Part shown: positions 12,913-26,939 of the stretch, one piece after another | Layout: every line of letters begins with the position of its first letter | How positions within the stretch are numbered: position 1 is the stretch's first letter | Source of the DNA: Octopus sinensis | Lineage: Eukaryota | NCBI RefSeq assembly: GCF_006345805.1 | Contig: NC_043024.1 | Span: forward strand, 6,882,001 to 6,946,000 | Direction of reading: 5' to 3' | Length of the DNA: 64,000 nt | The notes under the pieces: generated by a model | What the model was told of the DNA's origin: nothing | Databases searched by the model: none | What the model saw: the letters and a program-made list of their open reading frames with translations, nothing else | Translations under genes and position numbers: made by a program

Positions 12913-14120
12913 ATACTTATATCTTGAATACAACACACACACACACACTTGTCATGTATTGAGTGAAACTAAATTTGAATATGTTAAACTTGGTTGAACC
13001 TTACCAAGACAACCCACTCACCTATATGTTAACAGAACTTGAACTCTGGCTAGGCCACCGTTGCCTAACCCCACCTTTCAATGAAACCCTTGTCAATTAT
13101 GAGCGGTCCACTGCCCTTCCCTCCTCATCTGTAATGATCAAACTAGGTCCACTGGGACATAGAAGTGGGCATTCTTAAAGGTGAGGGCTATATTCGTTAA
13201 CCTACCAATGCTGCTGATGCTGCTACCACAGCAATTACTACTACTACTACTACTACTACTGGTGTTTGTGGTGTGAAACGTTTTTTTGACATGGTTAATT
13301 TGTGGTTTTTAATCTAACATTTTAACACCAAGCCCTCAATATCAGCAGAGTTCGGTAAAAGTCCATTTCTCTCTCTCTCTCTCTCCCTCTCTCTCTTCTG
13401 ATGACTTCTAATCAGTTCTTTGTAATTTTGATAGACCTAAAAAGTTCATTTTCTGACTTTGATAAAAAATTTTTTTTTTTTTTTTTCTCAAGCATTTCTG
13501 ATTCAGAAGGATTGTTTGTGAGGAGAGAGAGAGAGAATCCAGTACAAAAATCACTCTTTCCACTCAAGTATGCACAGTCATTTGTTACAGTGTGGGCGTG
13601 TCTGTCTGTGTGTGTGTGTGTGTGTAGTTATTTAGCCTAGCATTTTTGTGTTTTGTGTGATGAGATAAAACTTGTTAAACCAGTCACACATTCTTTTATA
13701 GTTTTCTAATGGTGAAACACTATTAGCCACGACCTAAATTTTTTTTTAATGAATAATTCACTTCTATGTATATCATAGTTATAAGTTTTACTTCTTTTTG
13801 TGGAGTTGGTATTTTACTTCCCAGTGAGAAGTTTTTAGCTTAAATATGGTTTTGTGAGGCTTTTCTCCTTTTTTTTATATATTTTATTTCCAACCTTGCT
13901 CGACTTGTTTTCATGGTTTATGTCAAGGGTGATTAAAAAAAAAAAAAAAACAGGTAAAGCACCCAAGTACCAACTGCTCAGTCCCTGGGGAAAGTCTGGT
14001 TTCTATTCAATAGTGGTTCTGTAAAGTTATTGCATAAATGCATAGCCTAGTGGTTAGGGTGTTAGACTTGCAATTGCCAGATTGTGGTTTCAAGTCTGAA
14101 CCAGGTGATGTGCTTTGTTC

Positions 14121-14342
14121 TTAACCCTTTAGGGTTTAAATTACTCTGCCAAATGTAGAGCTTATTCATTTATATGGCTTTGAATTAATCATTATCTCAT
14201 AGCTTTGAGATTTTGATGAGGTTATTGTCTATTTTTAGGATGACATTGTAGGATGTGTGTGAGAGGTTGGATCTGGTCAGTTTGAACTTAAAATGAGGTA
14301 TATCTGGGCCAGGTATGGCCGGTTTAAATGCTAAAGGGTTAA
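14121..14342. mobile_element. piggyBac-type MITE P1 inserted in a SINE-C head
   Basis: TTAA at 14121-14124 and 14339-14342. The SINE-C sequence resumes after the second TTAA. Confidence 0.85.
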
Positions 14343-17255
14343 GTAAAACACCTTCCCCTCTACACAGACTGGCATCCCATCTAGGAGAAATGCCATCTTG
14401 GTCATGTCGGCACCACTCTGGGGTCTTAGGGACTCGAGACAGTAAACAGAGAAAATCTCTCAAAAGTTGGTTTTTGTTACACACCACCTCTGAAACCCTT
14501 TTGTATTTGCTATTTTAACCCCTCTTGTTAAGGTAGTCCCCATAACTTTCGACTGATGCTGTTTAATCTGCCCTACTGTGGATGTTGTTGTCCCTGATCA
14601 GACCTGGCAGAGTACATTTGATCAATCAAACTGTAATATGGAGTAATCAGACTACAGATGGTTGTGGTTTCCTCGTTCAGCTCTGGTTTTGATCTTTGAT
14701 CAAGGACATTCAGGATCTGCTCTAATTCATTGGACCTATGTCTGATCAGAGATACAAACCATGGTCATCCTGTCATAATGTGTAACCCGACTACATTTAG
14801 TTATTTTCTCTCTTGTCCTTGTTCAACTCTGATTTAGATCTTTTTTCATCCACGACATTCAGGTTGTGAAATAGCGGCCATCCGGTAATAGATATTGTGT
14901 AACTGAAATAAAATCTTGCTTTAATGACTAATTGACGGATGCTAAATGTGTGACCTGGTCATTCATAACTGAGGTGTAACTGAGAAGCTAACTAAAGCTT
15001 GACACTGTCAACAATTTGCTGAGACAAGAATAGGAAATGAAGATCAAAAAGCTGTCTTATGTTCTCACCAATTCTTACCACCGACTAAAAAAATCATTGG
15101 GATTTTTGCTTTAACTTTTTGTAGCAATGCAGCTTAGAGGTGACCCTGCAACTTAGATAAAGGCAGTGATATTGATACTAGTAATGTGTAGTTCTTTCGG
15201 GGTGGGGTGAGATGAAATGCGATACTAATGAAAAGGGACAGACGAACAGATCAGCTTTAATCTGCGGTTTTAATTGGCATTGTGTAAAATGTTGGATTTG
15301 CTTTTTTTTTTTTTAATTAGTGAAATGGATTCTAATTCAACTGGACAAATGTCTAATATATTTGCTACATAGTTTTTGTTTAGTATCTGGTTTTCCAATT
15401 AAAATTTCCCCTTCCATGTTTTGAGGATCAGTTTTTCCCCTCTTCCATGGGAAATGGTCATTAAACTGTTTAGCCTTGGGTCAGTTTTGATCTGATAGAT
15501 AATTTGTGACCATCCAGTATATTTTTATACTATTTTAGACAGCACATTTATGACTTTTTTTTTTACAGTAGGGTGTGACTTTACAGTCACTTGATCTGCT
15601 AGAAATAGCAGCCAGCTTGTCTTAGTCTTGGTCCCTTCTTTCACTTGTTTAGCATTGGATTGTGGCACTCCTGGGGTCGCTGGAGCATGATACTTTGAAG
15701 GGTTTTAGTTTGAACAGATGGACTCCAGTACTTAATGGTTTTGTTTCCCTTTGAATTTTGATAACTTAATTCTATTGGTCTTATTGGTTGAAGGTTTGTG
15801 GAAATGGTGTGCCATTTGCCACCTGAAGTGGCTCCTTTGTGAAAGCTTACTTGCTGCTATTACGTCCTTTAAATTCTATCCTGAAACAGCTGCCTCTCAC
15901 TGAGTGATGGAAGAGCAGCAGTTGTGATAACTCTCAAATCACCCCAGACTCAGTTTCTAGTTTCTTCACTTGAAATATTTTCTTTACTCTTCCCAGAATG
16001 CAATTTTCTAGCGTTGTAGTGCCTGACACTTGTGTGGGTTGGCTTTTAGAGCTCTTCTGTTGAGGAGGAAACATTGGTTGGACCAATGCAATCAAATATT
16101 AATTTCCTTTTGGTTTCAACAACTGACAGTTCTACTTGACATTGGGTGAAGTGGCTGAATATTCCACTGCGTTTTTAACTATTTGTAGAATTGTCAACTA
16201 TTCATAAAATTGTCAATTCTACTATTTGTAGAATTGTCGTTCGGAAGCGGGATCCTCAAGTTACAAGTATGATTCTCATGGGCTTCCATAGTTTTGCTCA
16301 TGGCAAAGCAAGACTAATCTTGAACTGTTGCTGAAAGTATTTTTGGAAAGAATTTTGTATATTTTAAATGGCATTGATGGGTTGGTGTGATAGGCTGGAT
16401 ATGGCTGGTTTAAATACTAAAAGGTGACGATAGTAGGTTGTAGATATCAAGGCTGTTGGGCTGTTATTTCTAGCATATTAAGCAACCACATATAGGCTTG
16501 TTCAGTCGCATGTCTGACCTGTCAATCATGTATTTTTGATGTTATATAAACCTGCATTTTTTAATAGTTGTTGTTGTTTATACCTTTCCAATGGCCTGAT
16601 CACTTGGTCACGGTCTGCTGCATCTCTCTCTGCAAAGTGTTGAGAAGTGATCAGCTGCAGCTTAGGCTTCATCTATTCCATGGTTTTGTGCAGACGCACG
16701 GTGCTTTCAGCTTTTCTTTTATTTACATCCTTTGTTAATCTACGTCAATGAAAGCCATCACACATGGATGTGCTTTATAGTTTTAACGACTCCAGACATT
16801 GAACTGCAGCTGTGCGGGGGCACTGCCCTCAGCTTTACACCTTTTTTGCCCCCTAAATAGTTAAATCATTAACACCGCCAACTTTGTGCTTGCGACAGGC
16901 ATTCTGGCACTTGGATGCTTTTCTTGTCACTAAATCTCACCGGTTTCCAACCAAGATAATGTCTTCATGGAAGATTGGAAGCGATGGACACTGCTTGTGT
17001 GACGGTGACACTTGTTTACGACTGTTATGCTGTCAAAAGAGAAACTCATACATACATACATGCGCGCGCGCGTGTAATTACATGATGGGTTTCTTTTACT
17101 TTCTAATGACCAAATCCACTAGCAAGGCTTTGGTTTGGCCTGTGGTTATAGTGGATATTGGCTCGAGGTGCCATGCAGTGGGCCTGAACCTCAAACCATT
17201 TGGATGGGAAGTAAGCTTAACCACACAAGCTGTGCTTGCAGCACCCACACACACA

Positions 17256-17315
17256 CAAGGGGGTGCTGCAAAGTTTCTGGCTTTTAGGGTACCACAAAAG
17301 GCCTGGTTGGAGACC
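17256..17315 (+). mobile_element. Mariner terminal fragment, same family as 58735-58880
   Basis: agggggtgctgcaaagtttctggcttttagggtacc...ggcctggttggag. Confidence 0.6.
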
Positions 17316-17701
17316 TTTTATATATACATATAAATAAAAAGGTCTGTGTTATATTCAAAAGAGGTTTTAAAATTTTATTTGCTCATTTTCTTACATAACA
17401 TTCTGAAGTAACCTGCCACCGTCCACCTTTTGAGAAACCCTGGTTTAGTTGATGCAATGATCCAGAGGCGTTTCCCACTTATTTTTGAAGTCTAGTACCC
17501 TTTATTCTGGCCTCCTTTTGCAGAGGTGCTAAGGTAAGCAAACAATCAGCAAATGGAGAAAGACAAATCTAGGGGCACACGCACACACCTTGACTGGGTC
17601 AAATGGGTGAGAGTGGGGTCTAATGTTGAAAGACCCGAAACCCCCTGGGGCTCCAGAAACATCACTGATGTAGCATCCCAGAATATCCCACAGGATTTAC
17701 C

Positions 17702-18380
17702 CTAAGCCTTTAGTGTTCAGATCACTCTGTCAAATGTAATGCTTTCTTTATTCAAATTGTTTAGAATTAATGAGGCATTTTCTTATAGCTTTGAGGTTTT
17801 GGTGATATCCACTTCCCATGCTGGCATGGGTAGGCTGATTTGTCAGGAAACTGGGGAGATGTACTAGACTCCAGTCTGATTTGGCAGAGTTTCTACAGCT
17901 GGATGCCCTTCCCAATGCCAACCACTCTGAGTGTGTAGTGGGTGTTTTTACATACCACCAGCACAAGTGCCATTGACCTGACACCAGCATCAGCCACAAC
18001 TACGATCTCACTTAGCTTGACTGGTCTACACAAGCACTGTGTGTCGCCAAAGGTCTTGGTCACCTGTCACTGCCTCTGTGAGGCCAAATGCTTGAACAAT
18101 GCTTTTTACATACCACTGGCATGGGTGCCAATCAGAAGCCACTGGCATTGGTCAGGACTATGATTTCACTTGGCTCAACAGGTCTTCACAAGCACAGCGT
18201 ATCGCCTAACGATTGAAGGGTGGTTTTAACGAGCCAGTTATGCAACACTGGCATTGGCCACGACTACAATGTGATTGTTAGTGTCGGCTCAGTGTGAGAG
18301 GGTAGGTATGGCCTATTTTGAATGTAAAACGTATTGAATGTTCGAACCGGATTTGGCTAGTTTAAAAGCTAAGGGGTTAA
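17702..18380. mobile_element. piggyBac-type MITE P1 split by a SINE-D insertion
   Basis: Left part 17702-17810, right part about 18270-18380 ending gctaaggggTTAA. Confidence 0.65.
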
Positions 18381-19310
18381 AACTATATTTATACCTATGC
18401 ACACTCTGGGGCTTACATGTGACTTCTGTCTACCAAATTTGTTCTCAAGATTCTGGCTAAACGGAAACGAATAGTAGACCAAGGTACCATGCAATGAAAT
18501 TGAACCTGAAACCACAAGGCTGTATCATTCAATCACATCTAGGCTTACATGTATCTTGGTTGTAGGGTGTAATTTGAGAGGTTTGCAACTCTTTCATTAA
18601 AGGAATTTTTTTTTATAGCTTATTAATGAGGTTGGGGTGGGTGGGGGAACAAAAGACGAAACTAATCTTATCAGCTTTACACCTTTTTTGTTTTTATATT
18701 TTTACTTTTTATTACTTTCAAACTGAAGTGTGTGGGTGGAATAAACATACCAGTTCAAATATGCAGGTGGCATGAGGAATATGTGCTTCTTTGTAGAGTT
18801 GGCTCTTTTAAAGTTAGATTTCCCACCTGGGAGAAACGAGACCCAACCTTTTCGTAAGTATGTTTGTTATGTGAAGAATGTGTGGAGGCCACCACTGAGG
18901 TATGTTGTGTGCAGCCTTGAGGGAATGACTTCATTTCTGTGGTTGATTGCTGCTGCAGAATACTGAAGGAGAGTGTTATTCGCTCAGTTAATAAGCAGCT
19001 ACTTTAGTGGGGAGGGAATTTGGGGGACATAGGAAATAATTTAAAAAAACATTTTAATCCATGGACTCTGTCTGTAATATACTGACGGTTGACATCAACT
19101 TTGTAGACTTAATGTTTTATCTGGAGGGCATTCATAAAAAGATGGGGTTCTGAGATTTGGATGTCAGCCTTTTTGAATGGTAATTTACCCAGTTTTTCTA
19201 GTTTTTGTTGTTCAATCCCTGGCTTAAACTAATCCAGCAGAGCAGGCTTACTGAAGGTATAAGTGTTATGAGATTTAGCTATTTTAGCAGACTGAGTGGA
19301 CCATCTGCAT

Positions 19311-19557
19311 CAGTGGTTCTCAACCATTATTGTACCTGTGAGCCCTTCAGTTCCTATTTTGCTTGGGTGCTCCCTTGTAGCCATTTGAGGTTTTAAAAAA
19401 ACCCTCTTATATTTTTAGAATTAAATATTAGGAATTAATTGTATTAAAAAAAAAATCTATTTTGTGTTTTGTAGAAGTATAACTAATTTGTTGCAGATTT
19501 TAACAAAATTTTGTATGACCCTTCAAAGGTGATGTGGACCCCTGTTGAGAACTACTG
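19311..19557. mobile_element. hAT MITE, family H2
   Basis: TIR cagtggttctcaac / gttgagaactactg with an AT-rich interior. TSD not recognisable. Confidence 0.75.
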
Positions 19558-19805
19558 ATATAGTGGCTCCCTTTTTGGTTCATACTCTGGGATTCACTTC
19601 AGCTTTTCAAAGCATTTCTCATGAGAGAATTAGGTTGGCTTTCTTTAAATTGCAGTCAGTGTAAACCAAATTTTAATAAGTTATTTCTTCATAATTAACT
19701 GGATATTTGTGATCTATCGTTTGCTTTTGTGAAGGGGGGGGGGCAGGGATCAGTTTCAAACCGTTGTACTAATTCTTCTTGATCAAGAATAGAGCTCAGT
19801 AAGTC

Positions 19806-20027
19806 TTAAACCCTTTGGCATTTAAACCAGTCATATCCAACCAAATAATTTTACCTGTTCTATGTTCAAACTTGCCAGATCTGGCCTTTCCGATCTACCT
19901 ATAATGTCATTCTAAAAATAATCACATCATCAAAATCTCGAGGTGACAAGATAATGCTTGATTAATACAAAACGATGTGAATTAAGAAGGATTACATTTG
20001 ACAGTAATCTGAATGCTAAAGGGTTAA
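19806..20027. mobile_element. piggyBac-type MITE P1 (opposite orientation)
   Basis: ttaaaccctttggcatttaaa...tctgaatgctaaagggTTAA. Confidence 0.85.
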
Positions 20028-20174
20028 GCATCTTAAATGATTGAGGATACATGAGTAATTAACACCTGCATTTCCATACTTGTATAGTTTGGACAAAATT
20101 TGTTGAGGCAAACTTACTACAGCTGGATGCCCTTCCAGTTGCTAACCTTCACTTGTTTCCAGGTATCTTGTATC

Positions 20175-20515
20175 TTGTCATTAGACTGCAGCCATGCTGG
20201 GGAACCATCTCAGATTTTTAGCTGAATGAATGAATTGCTCCCAGTACTTTTTTTTTAAGCTTGGTACTTGTTCTTTTCTCTTTTGCTGAGCTGCTAAGTT
20301 ACAGGGACATAAACACACCAACACCTGTTAAGCAGTGTTGGGAGAGGCTCACACACATACAACAGGCTTCTTTCAGTTTCCATCTATGAAATCCACTCAC
20401 AAGGGTTTGATTGGCCCAAAACTAGTATGACACTTTCCTAAAGTGCCACACAGTGGGACTGAACCCGGAACTGTGTGGTTGGGAAGCAAGCTTCTTACCA
20501 CAAAGCCATTCCTGC
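20175..20515 (-). mobile_element. SINE-A nested in a tail-type-2 (G) element
   Basis: The G-module sequence at 20085-20165 resumes at 20525-20645. Confidence 0.7.
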
Positions 20516-21329
20516 AGCTATATGGCATGGCAATATTTCCTCATAACCAGACATATTTTTCACAGAAGATTGGAAATGGACACTGCTTGCAGGACACTGA
20601 CACTCTTTTACAGCTATCATGCAGTCAAGGCTAGGAGACAAACATCAAGATAAAAAGTAAAGGGTAGCATTATAATACCTGAGAATTAAACCAAAAAAAT
20701 AGGGTCACATGGTATTGGATTGTGTTGTACTCAAATGGAAGTGGAGGGAGTGTTTCTTTGAAGGCCTTTAATAACGCTTCCATGGTGTTTGTCAGGGAAA
20801 CAGATAAATCTAAATAATTCCAGTGGCTCCTTTACTCCTGAATGACCATTTCGGATTATCCACATTGTTGTTTAACCCCAGGTTAGCCTGGTCAAACTGA
20901 TCATTGATTTAAGGTAGTGGCCCCTGGCCCTTTTTGCACTATGGACTGGTTCCATGCAAGACAGTTTTTCCATATATTGAAGAATCGCACATATAATAAG
21001 TCAGTATTTAATTAGTACACACACACACACTTGTTTCAGTTATTTGACTGCAGCCATGCTGGAGCACTGCTTTAAAATATGTATATATTACATATATATG
21101 ATATGTATGACTTAGTTGTAAGAATCTTGCTTTCCAACCACATGGTTTTGAGTTCAGTCCCACTCTGACAACTTGGGCTAGCATCTATTATAGCCCTGTG
21201 CCAACTAAATCCTTGTGAGTGGATTTGGTAGATGGAAACTGAAAGAAGCCCATCATATTTATGTGTATTTGTCTTTGTGTATGTGTTTATCCACCCCCAC
21301 CACTGCTTCACTTCTGAGGACAGAGGCAA

Positions 21330-21550
21330 GTGGCAATCAGCTGTTTGTAAAGGCTGATTGCAAAGCCAACGGAATTGCTGCAACAGACCAATGAAGGCAG
21401 GCCAGGGAAACTAGTTCCATCAAGTCGCCCACTACTACCATCACCATTATCTGTCTGCACTGCCTTCTGGGTGTGGCTTGGCCCCAACTCCATGATGACC
21501 AGATAGTCCTTGTCACTGACGGATGAACACATAATTGACTGAAGCAATAT
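21330..21550 (-). mobile_element. Degenerate RTE-like LINE 3' fragment
   Basis: Frameshifted TPRRQ/TDN...AISLYK resembles the RTE C-terminus GRPRRQWTDN...ANLLK. Confidence 0.4.
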
Positions 21551-21563
21551 TTAGACATTATCT

Positions 21564-21790
21564 AAGGCAGCAAGCTGGCACAATCGTAAGCACACCGGGC
21601 AAAATGCTCAGCGGTATTTTGCCTCAATTTACATTCTGAGTACAAATTCCGCTGAGGTTGATGTTGCCTTTCATCTTTTCGGGGTCAATAAATTAAGTAT
21701 CAGTTGCGTACTGTGGTCGATCTAATCGACTGGCTACCTCCCCTAAAATTTGGGGCCTTGTGCCTAGAGTAGAAAAGGATATTATATAAT
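21564..21790 (+). mobile_element. tRNA-head SINE-B
   Basis: gctggca.aatcgt.agc head, B-box-like gagt(t)caaattc, core gcctttcatcctttcggggtc.ataaa..aagtaccag. About 14 copies. Confidence 0.8.
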
Positions 21791-22942
21791 CGTTGAAATA
21801 CACAAAGGCCCATCCAATGTGGTTTTGAACCAGCTGGACACCTGTTCATCTGGTGGACTTATCACTTCCTCTTGGTTATTGTGGACAGTTGCCCATGAGA
21901 AATGGCATTTTAGTTTTCAATTCCTCAACGATAAATTTCAGTATTAGCCAATGAAAGACCTCAATTTTACAATAAAACACATGTAATTTATCTGACTTTT
22001 TAATGTAAATAAAATCTTCGAACCCTGTTGTCATTAAACTGCTGACCCTGTTATATCTGAAATCTTGAGGTGAATATCTCCTCCTTAGTGACAAATCATG
22101 ACAAAAATGTTAGTGGTTTTTTTTAATCTCTTGTTTTGCTTTGGATTCTAATCAGACAGTCCAGCTGTGACCAACCGGATTTTCTCCTGACCAGGAGCAC
22201 ATTAGTGTCCTTTTCTTTCAAATCTATCCAGTTTGTTTTTACATGGTTTTGTTTTCCTTGTTTACATTGGTGACACTATATTATTGGGGCATTTTATCAA
22301 CGCAGGATGCCCTTCCCTTTCCTGCTAACCCATATCTGTATTTCAGTAACTGATATCTTTCTCCACACATTTTCAAAGGCACAGTCAGTACACAGCCTGG
22401 TGACAAGAGAAATGTGTCCACTTCCTGTAGCTCAGTAATTTTCAGAGATGCGCACACACACAAAAGATGAGCTTCATTCAATTTGTATCTACCAAATCCA
22501 CCCACAAGGCTATGGTTGGCACTAATTGAAGTCCCCTGCCCAAGTTGTCACACATTGAGACTGAAACCAGTCACATAGATGAGAAGTGAACTGCTTAACC
22601 ACGCTATCATGCTTATATCTCAAAAGAACAAAAAAAAACCAACGTTTGACTGCTATTTCCGGCATGTTTGTGTCCATGTTGGGGTTTCTTTACATTGTAT
22701 TGTGGGAGACATCTATCTGTAATGATCAAGAAAATACATTCCTTGATGGGTGCAGATGACAAAAGAGAAGAAAACCTAAACGAGTGTAGTTGTTTGCCCA
22801 TTTGAAAGTAAGGCTCGTTAGTTTGATTGGGTTTTGTCATTATTACAGTGGTTTGGATTTGCAACACTGTAGGAGAATTTTGTTCAAATAGTCATCTGAG
22901 CAAAATTGGCAATGGAGGCTCTAAATTATGTGCTTATATATC

Positions 22943-23077
22943 ATCATCATCGTTTAACGTCCGTTCTCCATGCTAGCATGGGTTGGACGGTTCAACCGGG
23001 GTTCTGGGAAGCCAGAAGGCTGCACCAGGCTCCAGTCTAATCTGGCAATGTTTCTACAGCTGGATGCCCTTCCTAAC

Positions 23078-23080
<3 letters not shown>
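22943..23080 (-). mobile_element. SINE-D 3' part (RTE-like tail catgctagcatggagaacggacgttaaacgatga)
   Basis: Also at 17810-18270, 23545-23700, 24205-24345, 35772-35960 (-) and 46250-46455 (+). Confidence 0.75.
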
Positions 23081-23131
<51 letters not shown>

Positions 23132-26100
23132 ATATTGTGTGTCTGTATGTATGTATGTATTTTAGTGGAGGTGCATGGCTTAGTATTTAGGTAGTTTCAA
23201 CCCCTAAACCAGGCAATGTATTTTCTTCTTGAGCTTCATTTCACATTAAGTCCACTCAGCTGCCCAAAATGAGTCTTCCTGTGATGAACTGGCATCCTGT
23301 ATAGGGTGGGGCGGTATTTGCCAGAGAATCCGAGAAGCCACCTCAGGTAGGATTTGTGTGTGTGTGTATAATCTTTTCTACTATAGGCACTAGGCCTGAA
23401 ATTTTTGGGGTGGGGCAGTTGATTCGATCGACTCCAGTATGCAACTGGTACTTAATTTATCAGCCCCGAAAGGATGAAAGGCAAAGTTGACCTCGATGAG
23501 AGAGAAATACAATGCAAACTGTGTTAAAACTCCTTGGTTATGTCATCATCATAGCTTAACATCTGTTTTCCATGCTGGCATGGGTTGGACGGTTCGACTG
23601 GGGTCTGGGAAGCCAGGAGGCTTTACCAGGCCCCAATCTGATCTGGCGGTGTTTCTACAGCTGGATGCCCTTTCTAATGCCAACCACTCCGAGAGTGAAC
23701 AGAATGAATATATGGTTACCCAGCATGACTGCAGCTTTAAAGCTGAAACATTTTAAAGAATCACACATTCATTCATACGTGTAAATAAAAAGAAAAACAA
23801 AAAGGCAAAGACTGAAAATTTTCAGATGATTAATATACAACTAAATATATCGTTGCTTTTTCCAGAAAACGAAAAAGTAGTTTCACCAGTCCATAGCACA
23901 ACCATTGTACTACACTTTGACAATTTCTGATATCTTGGCATCTGAAGCAGCTGGAGATACGATAGTTTGACTAAAAGAACCGGTTATTGCAAGCAAAAAT
24001 AAATATTGGAAAAAGAACATATTTGGACATACAACAGTTTAACATAACAGCAATAACATATGTATATTAAGAATAAACTTACTCAGATTATATAGACCCA
24101 AAGAATTAGATGGGAGAAGATATGGTGTTACAAGTCCTACAGATGAGTCTCCCAATCTCATCTGTTAATTCTCTTTCTCTGTCTGTGCGTGTGTAGAGGT
24201 ATTGGTTTGATGGTTTGATAGGATCTGGCAAACTGCAGGGTTGCTGAGAGCATCGGTGTCTGCTTTGACATGGTTTCTGTGGCTGGATGTCCTTCCTAAT
24301 GCCAACGACTCGACAGTGTATACTTGATGGTTTTTTCTTGGCACCAGTGCTAATTAAGTTGCCAAGTAACTAGGAAGAACTGGGAAAAACCAAAAAGCCC
24401 CACATGTGCGGTCAGTTTTCATGTCAGGTGTTGTAAAAGTAAGGCATGATTTCAGGACAAACATAGATGTCTTGCTGTACAGGAGAGCCATGGCAACTCT
24501 GCAGTATGAGGGTGTGTGAGAGTAGCCGGAAAGAAGGCAGATGGGTAGTGATGGGGTGCCACGGCAATCTCCTTCAAAGTACAAAAAGGTGAGCTTAAGA
24601 GGAGATACAAGATAGTGGATCGAAGGGGGAGGAGGTAGGAGAGATGGGTTGTATAATTAAAATTCCTTCCTGTGCTCACTTTCTAGGGATGTGCACCACT
24701 TTCAGTTATATAATACATGTGCATAAGTATTTGCATGATAGCATACTTGCTTGTGTACACATTTAGGTATATTCACATAATTTATTAATTTTGGATACTT
24801 GTTGATAAAGTACAACCTCTTAGAACCAAGGAAATAGGAATTAACCATATTGTTAGAAATCTCAAACATTTCTTGGTAAGCAAATGCTTTTTTTCTTTTA
24901 GTCTGAGGATAGAAAAGAAGTATACATGCAAAACACACATCTCAGATAATCACCCACATACTTAGTGTCAATGCCAAAACTGTTACCTTTAAGATAGCAT
25001 GTTTGCTCTTTTATATCTAGACATTGTCACACAGTTTAAATGTTTCATGCACAAAAGATTTAGAAAGAGCCTGAACAAGGCAAAAAAAGGAAGAAAAATA
25101 TCTAGTTTAGCATTGATATATTAAGTATCTTCCTAATTAAAAGTAATTAGCCGACTAAAATCGGAGCTTAGTTATACATATAAGTAGACAGTATTAAAAT
25201 ATGATAAATCAATCTTAAATTGTTTTACTGCCAGGTTTTGTAGTCCTTTTTTCTTTTTTGCTGTTAATCCGTTTCCAATCCAGACGGTCATTGATGTTTC
25301 AGTACATTTTGTTGTTAGTATTCATATATTTCTGACTTTTAACTTTGTTAGTCTCTGCTTGGCCTCTGATGAAGATTCTAGTATAGTTTCGGCTTTGCTG
25401 GTGTATTACTGTCAGAAACACATTAAATTGGATGTTTAATGCCTGCCAGTTTGTATTTTAATATCTAACGAGATCCTAATTTAATGTGTTAATTAAATTT
25501 AAGTATGGGGTATTTCGTGTGTGCTTGTATGTACTGTTAAGCAATCAACAATCTTAAAAGTTTGTCAACTGAAGTTTCATGTTCAGGGAAAGGTATTTGA
25601 CTCGGCTTCAGCCAAGTTTAGTTAAATGGGATGTAATTTGAGTTTGCAGATGTGCCACTTGACCTAGTACATATGAAAAAGTACTGGGAGAGGTATGTTA
25701 TCACTTGACCTTCTAAAAATAGCAAAACATTCATGGATGTATGGTTAAGAAGTTTGCATTCTAACCACATGGTTTTGGCTTAAGTCCCACTTCTATAAAC
25801 CCTGTAAGTAGATTTGATACTCGGGAATAGAAAGAAGCTGTTGTGTGCTTTGTCTTAAGATGAAGCAATAGTCGTAAGCAAGTGTCACCACCATAAGAGC
25901 GTCCACTTCCAATCTGTGAAAACATTCTATGGGGTGTGGGACATTACTTAGAAACAGATGGTTGGCAACAGGAAGGGCTTCCAGCTGTGGAAAATCTGCT
26001 TCAATGGCCTCCATCTAACTTGTGCAAGCATGCAAAAAGGGACATTAAAATGCTGCTGCTCTCTCACATCATGCCCTATGTGAGAAAAGAACAACTCTGG

Positions 26101-26156
26101 ATACTGTATGGACAAGTTTGCAGTATTTAGGGAACAGACAGGAATGGCTTTGACAG

Positions 26157-26544
26157 ACTTGTTTCAGTCATGTGACTGTGGCCATGCTGGAGCACCGCCT
26201 TTAGTTGAGCAAATTGACTCTAGGACTTATTCTTTATAAGCCTAGTACTTATTCTATCGGTCTCTTTTGATGAACCGCTAAGTTACGGGGACGTAAACAC
26301 ACCAGCATCGGTTGTCAAGCATGTTGGGGAGGGACAAATAGACACACAAACATATACACACATACACATATATACATGCATATATACGACGGGCTTCTTT
26401 CAGTTTCCATCTACCAAATCCACTCTCAAGGCTTTGGTTGGCCCAAAGCTATAGTAGAAGACACTTGCCCAAGGTGCCACGCAGTGGGACTGAACCCGGA
26501 ACCATGTGGTTCGTAAGCAAGCTACTTACCACACAGCCACTCCT
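26157..26544 (-). mobile_element. tRNA-head SINE-A, full-length with tail type 1
   Basis: The minus strand has an A-box-like TGGCTGTGTGG and a B-box-like GGTTCAGTCCC, a (TG/TA)n hinge, and a tail ending tgactgaaacaagt. More than 30 copies or fragments in the window. Confidence 0.85.
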
Positions 26545-26939
26545 ACATCTGAATAAATAAGCAATATATATAATCTGAATGCTAAAGGGTTAATAATGAG
26601 AATATTTGTATTTATTTCTCCTTTCCCTCCAAGTTATTAAAAAATTATTGCTTATGGAAATACATCTTGCATTATCCAACCACCTAAAACTTAAGTGCCT
26701 CTGTTTTTATCCAGTTTGTTTGCTTGCTTGTTTGCAACAATGTTATCTATGCTGCTCTCTCACACTACTTCAGTGTATTGAATATTTAATGGTCTCTGTG
26801 TGTGTATATAAAACCAAGTGTTGTAAATCAAAATGGACAATGAACTTTTAAAAATATCTTAACTCTTTCAAATAGCAAAACCACTTCCCTCACATGCTGT
26901 TGAAATCGGGCTGATATACATCCACGTTTAAAGCTTGGT

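Noticed and set aside
25366-25400. CTGATGA as a third hammerhead
   Set aside because: No closing stem II plus GAAA follows.
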